A DNA stretch of 64,000 nucleotides from Isosphaeraceae bacterium. Its GTDB lineage: Bacteria; Planctomycetota; Planctomycetia; Isosphaerales; Isosphaeraceae. Of this stretch, positions 58,436 to 64,000 are shown one piece after another. The position numbers were made by a program, and so were the translations under genes. The stretch lies in the NCBI GenBank assembly GCA_965201075.1, contig CBDAVP010000004.1, positions 186,001 through 250,000 of the forward strand, read 5' to 3'. The notes below the pieces were generated by a model. It was not told the DNA's origin. It searched no databases and saw only the letters and a program-made list of their open reading frames with translations. Every line of letters starts with the position of its first letter. The first letter of the stretch is position 1.

Positions 58436-59389
58436 ATGCCATCTGACCGACGCTATCCGTCCTCTCTTGGGACACCGCGGCCGGGATTCACGCTGATCGA
58501 GTTGCTGGTGGTCATCGCCATCATCGGCGTGCTGATCGGGCTGCTGCTGCCCGCAGTGCAGGCGGCCCGCGAGGCGGCGAGGCGAATCCAGTGCAACAAC
58601 AACCTGAAGCAACTGGGCCTGGCGATTCATAATTACGCCGATGTCCACGGGCGCTTTCCCATCGGGGGGCTCGGGCGTGATCCGGCCAGCGGAAATTATC
58701 CCGCGACCATCTACCGCCAGACCTTCTGCGTGCCCGTGCTGCCCTACCTGGAGCAGGGGACCGTTTATGCCTCGTACAACGCGAACCTCAGCTTCAATGC
58801 GACCGCCAACGTGACCACCCGACTGACTTACATCAGCACCTACAATTGCCCTTCGGACTCGCCGCAGACGTTCGCCGGTGCCGCCGGGGCGTCGGACCAG
58901 AAGGGCAGCTACGGCGTCAACTGGGGCCCCAACGTGTTCGTCAACCCGCTGCCGGGGTTGGGGGTGTTCTATCTGGCCTTCGGGGCGAGTTTCGCGGAGA
59001 TCGTCGACGGGACCAGCAACACCCTGGCGATCATGGAGATGCTTCAAACGCCCAGCCCGCTCAACGGTCTACTCGACCGCCGGGGCCGGATCTGGAGCGA
59101 CGATACCGGCTGCTACCAGATCACCGCCCGCCTGACGCCCAATAGCAAATTGCCCGACGACGCGACCTGCGGCAACGACCCGGGCCGCAATTACCCCTGC
59201 GTCAACGACACGGCCGTCGCCAACCAGCCCAACACCTACCTTGGCACTCGCAGCCGGCACTCCGGAGGCGTCAACGCCTTGGTGTGCGATGGCTCGGTCC
59301 GGTTCTTCAAGGACGCGATCAACATCACCCCCTGGCAGGCGCTGAGTACCCGGGCCGGCGGCGAGGTGATCTCCGGCGACGCCTACTGA
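58436..59389 (+). CDS. DUF1559 protein (prepilin-type N-terminus, H-X9-DG motif)
   Basis: [64 protein letters not shown]. Confidence 0.96.
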   Translation: MPSDRRYPSSLGTPRPGFTLIELLVVIAIIGVLIGLLLPAVQAAREAARRIQCNNNLKQLGLAIHNYADVHGRFPIGGLGRDPASGNYPATIYRQTFCVPVLPYLEQGTVYASYNANLSFNATANVTTRLTYISTYNCPSDSPQTFAGAAGASDQKGSYGVNWGPNVFVNPLPGLGVFYLAFGASFAEIVDGTSNTLAIMEMLQTPSPLNGLLDRRGRIWSDDTGCYQITARLTPNSKLPDDATCGNDPGRNYPCVNDTAVANQPNTYLGTRSRHSGGVNALVCDGSVRFFKDAINITPWQALSTRAGGEVISGDAY

Positions 59390-59412
59390 CCCATCCTCAA
59401 GGGACGCCCCTC

Positions 59413-60792
59413 ATGAACTGGCAACCGTCGAGGGTCCGGGCCCTCCTCGGCCTGATGGTCGCCGTCCTCGCCCCGCCGGCCCCGTCGACGGTCGCGGCGG
59501 CGGAAGCGGCGGCCAACCGGCCCCCCAACATCGTCTGGATCATGGCCGACGACCTCGGCTACGGAGCTCTCGGCTGCTTCGGCCAGCAAAAGGTCGCCAC
59601 CCCCCGGCTGGACCTCATGGCCGCCCAGGGGATGCGCTTCACCCAGTGCTACGCCGGAAGCGCCGAGTGCGCTCCGTCTCGCTGCGCCTTCCTGACTGGC
59701 AAGCACATCGGCCACGCCCGCATCCGCCGCAACACTCTGGCCCCCCTGCGCGCCCAGGACGTCACCTTCGCCCAGAAGCTTCGCGAGGCCGGCTACGCCA
59801 ACGGCATCTTCGGCAAGTGGGGGCTGGGGGACTACGGCACCACCGGAGCCCCCGACCGCAAGGGGTTCGACACCTTCTTCGGCTATCTTGACCAGGGCCT
59901 GGCCCACTTCTACTACCCCGATTCGCTCAGGGACGGTCCTCTTGCGTACCCCCTGCCGGGCAACGCGGGCGGGCGCCGCGTCCAGTACAGCCACGACCTG
60001 ATCGAGGCCCGGGCCCTGGAGTTCATCCGCCAGTCCCGCGACCGACCGTTCCTCGCCTACATGGCCTTCACCATCCCCCACGCCGAGCTACTCGTCCCCG
60101 ACGACTCGATGGCGCCCTACCTCGGCAAGTTTCCCGAGACGCCCCATGTGGAGACGCACTACGCCTCTCAGCCGACCCCCCGAGCCGCCTACGCCGGGAT
60201 GGTCTCCCGGCTCGACCGCTCGGTCGGCCGCACGCTCGACCTCCTGGCGGAACTGGGCCTCGACCGCCGCACCCTGGTCATCTTCACCAGCGACAACGGC
60301 CCGACGGTGGCCGGCGGCAGCGACCCGACCTTCTTCCACAACGCCGGTCCCCTGCGAGGGTTGAAGTTCTCTCTCTACGAGGGGGGAATCCGCGTCCCGA
60401 CGATCGCCCGCTGGCCCGGCACGGTTCCCGAGGGGACCGTCGTCGAAACCCCCTGGGCCTTCTCCGACGCCTTCCCCACCTTCTGCGAACTGGCCGGAGT
60501 GGCGTCTCCCAACGGACTCGACGGCCGATCGATCGTCCCCACCCTCCGGGGCCAACACCAGCCCGACGCCCCGGGGTTCTACTGGGAAGAACCCGGCAAG
60601 GATGGACTGATGCAGGCCGCCCGCCTGGGCGACTGGAAGGGAATTCGCAACGCCCCCGGCGCACCGCTAGAGGTCTACAACCTCCGCGACGACGTCGGCG
60701 AGTCCCGCAACCTGGCCAACGACCACCCCGAGATCCGCGACCGCCTCGAAGCCTACCTCCGCGACCAGCACACCGAGCCCGACCCCGAGTGA
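59413..60792 (+). CDS. Arylsulfatase (formylglycine-dependent)
   Basis: PNIVWIMADDLG, CAPSR, GKWG, SDNG, LYEGGIRVP. Confidence 0.94.
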   Translation: MNWQPSRVRALLGLMVAVLAPPAPSTVAAAEAAANRPPNIVWIMADDLGYGALGCFGQQKVATPRLDLMAAQGMRFTQCYAGSAECAPSRCAFLTGKHIGHARIRRNTLAPLRAQDVTFAQKLREAGYANGIFGKWGLGDYGTTGAPDRKGFDTFFGYLDQGLAHFYYPDSLRDGPLAYPLPGNAGGRRVQYSHDLIEARALEFIRQSRDRPFLAYMAFTIPHAELLVPDDSMAPYLGKFPETPHVETHYASQPTPRAAYAGMVSRLDRSVGRTLDLLAELGLDRRTLVIFTSDNGPTVAGGSDPTFFHNAGPLRGLKFSLYEGGIRVPTIARWPGTVPEGTVVETPWAFSDAFPTFCELAGVASPNGLDGRSIVPTLRGQHQPDAPGFYWEEPGKDGLMQAARLGDWKGIRNAPGAPLEVYNLRDDVGESRNLANDHPEIRDRLEAYLRDQHTEPDPE

Positions 60793-60800
60793 GCGTGCCG

Positions 60801-62233
60801 ATGCCCCTGCCCGCCTCCTCCCCATCCTGCTCGTCACCCTCTTCGCGACCCGTTCCCCCGCGACAGCCGCCGGACCCCCCAACGTCCTCTGGCTGGTCGC
60901 CGAGGATTTCGGCCCCGAACTTTCCTGTACTCGCACCCCCGAGGCCTTCACGCCCAACCTCGACCGCCTCGCCGCCGGGGGAATGCGGTTCTCCCACGCC
61001 TACACGACGGCCCCGGTCTGCTCTCCCAGCCGCTCGGCGTTCATGACCGGCATGTACCAGACGACCATCGGCGCCCACAACCACCGCTCCCACCGAGACG
61101 ACGGCTACACCCTCCCCCCGGGCGTCCGCGTCATCTCTCAGCGGATGCACGACGCCGGCGCCTTCACGGCCAACCTCCGCCACCTGCCCGACTCCCTTGG
61201 CTTCTCCGGCACCGGCAAGAACGACTGGAACTTCGCCGTCGACGGTCCCCCATTCGACTCCGACCGCTGGGCCGATCTGCCCGCCCACCAGCCGTTCTTC
61301 GCCCAGCTCAACTTCCAGGAAACCCACCGGCCGTTTGTCGCCCCCCACCGCGCCGACCCGTCGAAGGTCGCCCTGCCGCCGTATTACCCCGACCACCCCA
61401 TCACCCGAGCCGACTGGGCCGCCTACCTCGACGCCGCGGCCGAACTGGACCGCAAGGTCGGCCTCGTCCTGGACCGCCTCAAGGCCGACGGCCTCGCCGA
61501 CCGAACCGTCGTCGTCTTCATGGGCGACCACGGCCAGGCCCACGTCCGCGGTAAGCAATTCTGCTACGAGGAAGGGTTGCACATCCCCCTGATCGTCTCC
61601 ATCCCCCCCGGCGTCGAGCCCCCCGCCGGCTACCGGCCCGGCTCGGTGGACGACCGGCTGGTCGAGGCGATCGACCTGGCCCCCACGTTCCTCCACTTTT
61701 ACGGGGTCGCCCCGCCGGCCGGGATGCAAGGCCACCCGCTGTTTGGCCCCCACGCCAGTCCGCCCCGTCCGTACGCCTTCGGGGCTCGCGACCGCTGCGA
61801 CGAGACCGTCTTCCGCCTGCGCACCGTCCCCGACGACCGCTATCGCTACATCCACAACTTCACCCCTGACCGCCCCTTCCTCCAGTCCAACCAGTACAAG
61901 GAAATCGCCTACCCCGTCTGGAACCTCCTCAAGCAACTTGACGCCCAGGGCCGCCTGACCCCCGCCCAGAAGGTCCTCACCGCCCCGACGATGCTCCCCG
62001 AGGAACTCTACGACCTCGACGCCGACCCCTTCGAGATCCACAACCTCGCCGACTCCGACACCCCCGAAGCCCGCGAGGCCCTGTCCCGACTGCGCGGCGT
62101 TCTGGACCACTGGATCGAGGAGACTGGCGACCAGGGGCGGAACCTCGAACCCGCCGAACTCGCCGCGGCCCGGGGCGTGACCCAACCCGGCACCAACCCC
62201 AATCGCGACGCCCCGCCAGCCCCCCGCCGCTGA
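60801..62233 (+). CDS. Sulfatase; N-terminus joined by a 1-nt frameshift near 60810
   Basis: CSPSR, GDHG, ELYDL..DP.E..NLA; the frame of ORF 60983 extends upstream through PNVLWLVAED and a signal peptide with no in-frame start; one extra C gives MPLPRLLPILL. Confidence 0.88.
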
Positions 62234-62242
62234 CGACGCAAC

Positions 62243-63430
62243 TCATCTGACGAGTTCCGGCGGACCCTTCACCCTCGACGAGCCAGCCGTGGCGACGAAG
62301 GCAACCAGGCCCAGTGCCGCCGCTCCGGCCCCCACGGCGCAAACCCCCGTCCACCCGGCGAGGCTCCAACCCCAGGCCCCGGCGAACGAGCCCAGCGAGC
62401 CCCCGACAAAGTACGACACCATGTAGGCCGTGTTCAATCGGCTACGAGCCTCCGGCGCCAGGGTGAAAATTCGCGACTGATTGGAAATGTGCGACGCCTG
62501 GGCTCCCAGGTCCAGCAAGATCACCCCGACGACCAATCCCGGGATCGAGTCGCCAAACCTCCAGAAGACCCCGAACGACGCCAGGATCATCAACAGTCCC
62601 AGCGCAATGGTGATCCGAGGGCTGCGGCGGTCGGCCACCCTTCCCGCGAGAGGCGCCGCCAACGCCCCGACAATCCCCACCAGCCCGAAGGCGCCAACCA
62701 CCGCGCTCGAATACCCCAGGGGCGGCCGTTCCAGGTGGAACGCCAGGGTCGTCCAGAAGGCGCTAAAGGCGGCGAAGCTCATGGCCCCGAACACGCACGA
62801 CTGCCTCAAGACCGGCTCGGCCGCCAGCAGGTGCCCGATCGACCGCAGCAAGGCCGGATAGCTCAGGCCCGTCGGCGACGGCTCGGACCGGGGCAGCATC
62901 CGCCCAAGAACCACCGCAAGGCCAGTGGTAAGGACCGCCGCCAGGAGGTACACGGCTCGCCACCCAAAACGGGCGCCGACCACCCCGCTGACCGACCTCG
63001 CCCCGAGGATGCCGATCAGCAACCCGCTCATCACCGTGCCAACGACGCGACCCCGCTCGGCCGGGTCGGCCAGGTGAGCCGCCAGGGGAATCAGCAGTTG
63101 GGGGGCGATCGTGGTCACGCCCACCGCCAGAGTCCCCAACGCCAGCAAGTGGAACCCCGGAGCCGCGGCGACCCCCAACAGCGCCACGACGCTGAGCCCC
63201 AGCATCACCAGGATGAACGACCGCCGCTCCAACCGGTCGCCCAGCGGCACGAACAGCAAAAGGCCCACCGCGTAGCCGACCTGGCCCAGCGTCGCGACCA
63301 GCCCCATGCTCCGGTCATCGACGTGGAAACCCCGCCCCATGTCGGCCAGCAAGGGCTGCGCGTAATAGTTATTGGCGACGGCCAGCCCGGCGCCGGCGGC
63401 CATCGCCACCAGAGTGCGGCGGGGGATCAT
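62243..63430 (-). CDS. MFS transporter
   Basis: NNYYAQPLL, PLGDRLERR, ERGRVVG.VMSGL..GIL, ARSRLN. Confidence 0.93.
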   Translation of the reverse strand: MIPRRTLVAMAAGAGLAVANNYYAQPLLADMGRGFHVDDRSMGLVATLGQVGYAVGLLLFVPLGDRLERRSFILVMLGLSVVALLGVAAAPGFHLLALGTLAVGVTTIAPQLLIPLAAHLADPAERGRVVGTVMSGLLIGILGARSVSGVVGARFGWRAVYLLAAVLTTGLAVVLGRMLPRSEPSPTGLSYPALLRSIGHLLAAEPVLRQSCVFGAMSFAAFSAFWTTLAFHLERPPLGYSSAVVGAFGLVGIVGALAAPLAGRVADRRSPRITIALGLLMILASFGVFWRFGDSIPGLVVGVILLDLGAQASHISNQSRIFTLAPEARSRLNTAYMVSYFVGGSLGSFAGAWGWSLAGWTGVCAVGAGAAALGLVAFVATAGSSRVKGPPELVR

Positions 63431-63463
63431 CGTGGCGAGAGCCCCGTCGCGCTGGCCCCATCA

Positions 63464-64000
63464 TCAACTGGCATGGGAAGCGCCGCCGGCGCGAGTACCG
63501 GCCGGAATCAGGCTGTTGAGCATCCCGGCGACCTTGCCTTGCAGGTCCTTGCCCTGAGTCGCCGGGGCGTCCAGGTGGATCGGCGCTGGCAGGCCACGCT
63601 CCACCAGGGCCCGCAACTCCGACGACCACTCGGGGAAGACGCCGTCGAAGGCCACCGCGAGCTTGGCCGGCAGGCCGACGATCAACTCGGGGTCGCCATC
63701 GCAAATCGCCCGCCAGGCCTGTTTCGCGGTCGCCTCGGCCGACTTCGCCACCCCGGGGATCGTGTCCCCCAGGCCGAACCAGGTGTATTCCCGCTCCTTG
63801 TCTCCCTTGAACCAGGCGTGCGGGTGGCCCCCGGTGCGGATCGTCGGCGGATAAATCCCCGTCACCAGCACATTGTCACGCGCCAGGTCGTTGCGTAACC
63901 CACGAGTGAACCCGGTCAGGGCGAACTTGCTAGCCGTGTAGGGCAACATGTGAGGCGCGGGGATCAGCCCACCGATGGAGACGATGTTGCCAATCCGCCC
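63464..64000 (-). CDS. SDR family oxidoreductase, C-terminal part (5' end outside window)
   Basis: NIVSIGG, YTASK (YxxxK), P..IRT. Confidence 0.88.
   Translation of the reverse strand, partial: GRIGNIVSIGGLIPAPHMLPYTASKFALTGFTRGLRNDLARDNVLVTGIYPPTIRTGGHPHAWFKGDKEREYTWFGLGDTIPGVAKSAEATAKQAWRAICDGDPELIVGLPAKLAVAFDGVFPEWSSELRALVERGLPAPIHLDAPATQGKDLQGKVAGMLNSLIPAGTRAGGASHAS

Overview
High-GC bacterial chromosomal segment, very likely Planctomycetota (Isosphaeraceae-like; inferred from DUF1559, the ECF-sigma/Ser-Thr kinase pair, sulfatases and DUF1080). The backbone carries signalling genes (hybrid HK, ECF sigma plus ZAS-kinase-WD40 protein, HK plus NtrC-type activator), an M28 peptidase, sppA, a glycosyltransferase cluster, rsfS, argS, csrA, iscS, ppk1, nfo, cstA, permeases and sulfatases. 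Short accessory islands sit at gene 3' ends. They hold a PARIS-like ABC-ATPase + TOPRIM pair (15.8-17.7 kb), a metallopeptidase-toxin-tip/immunity-like pair (47.3-48.3 kb), a divergent bS21-like gene, and several broken TA/Uma2 genes. The least explained loci are (i) two tandem paralogous ~110-120 aa helical proteins followed by a 3-copy structured repeat (12.5-13.5 kb) and (ii) three co-oriented genes (HicB-like, helical, wHTH-Zn-ribbon; 28.7-31.2 kb). Several homopolymer frameshifts look like sequencing errors. I saw no tRNA, rRNA, CRISPR array, integrase or transposase. All family assignments are from motif recognition by eye; no searches were run.
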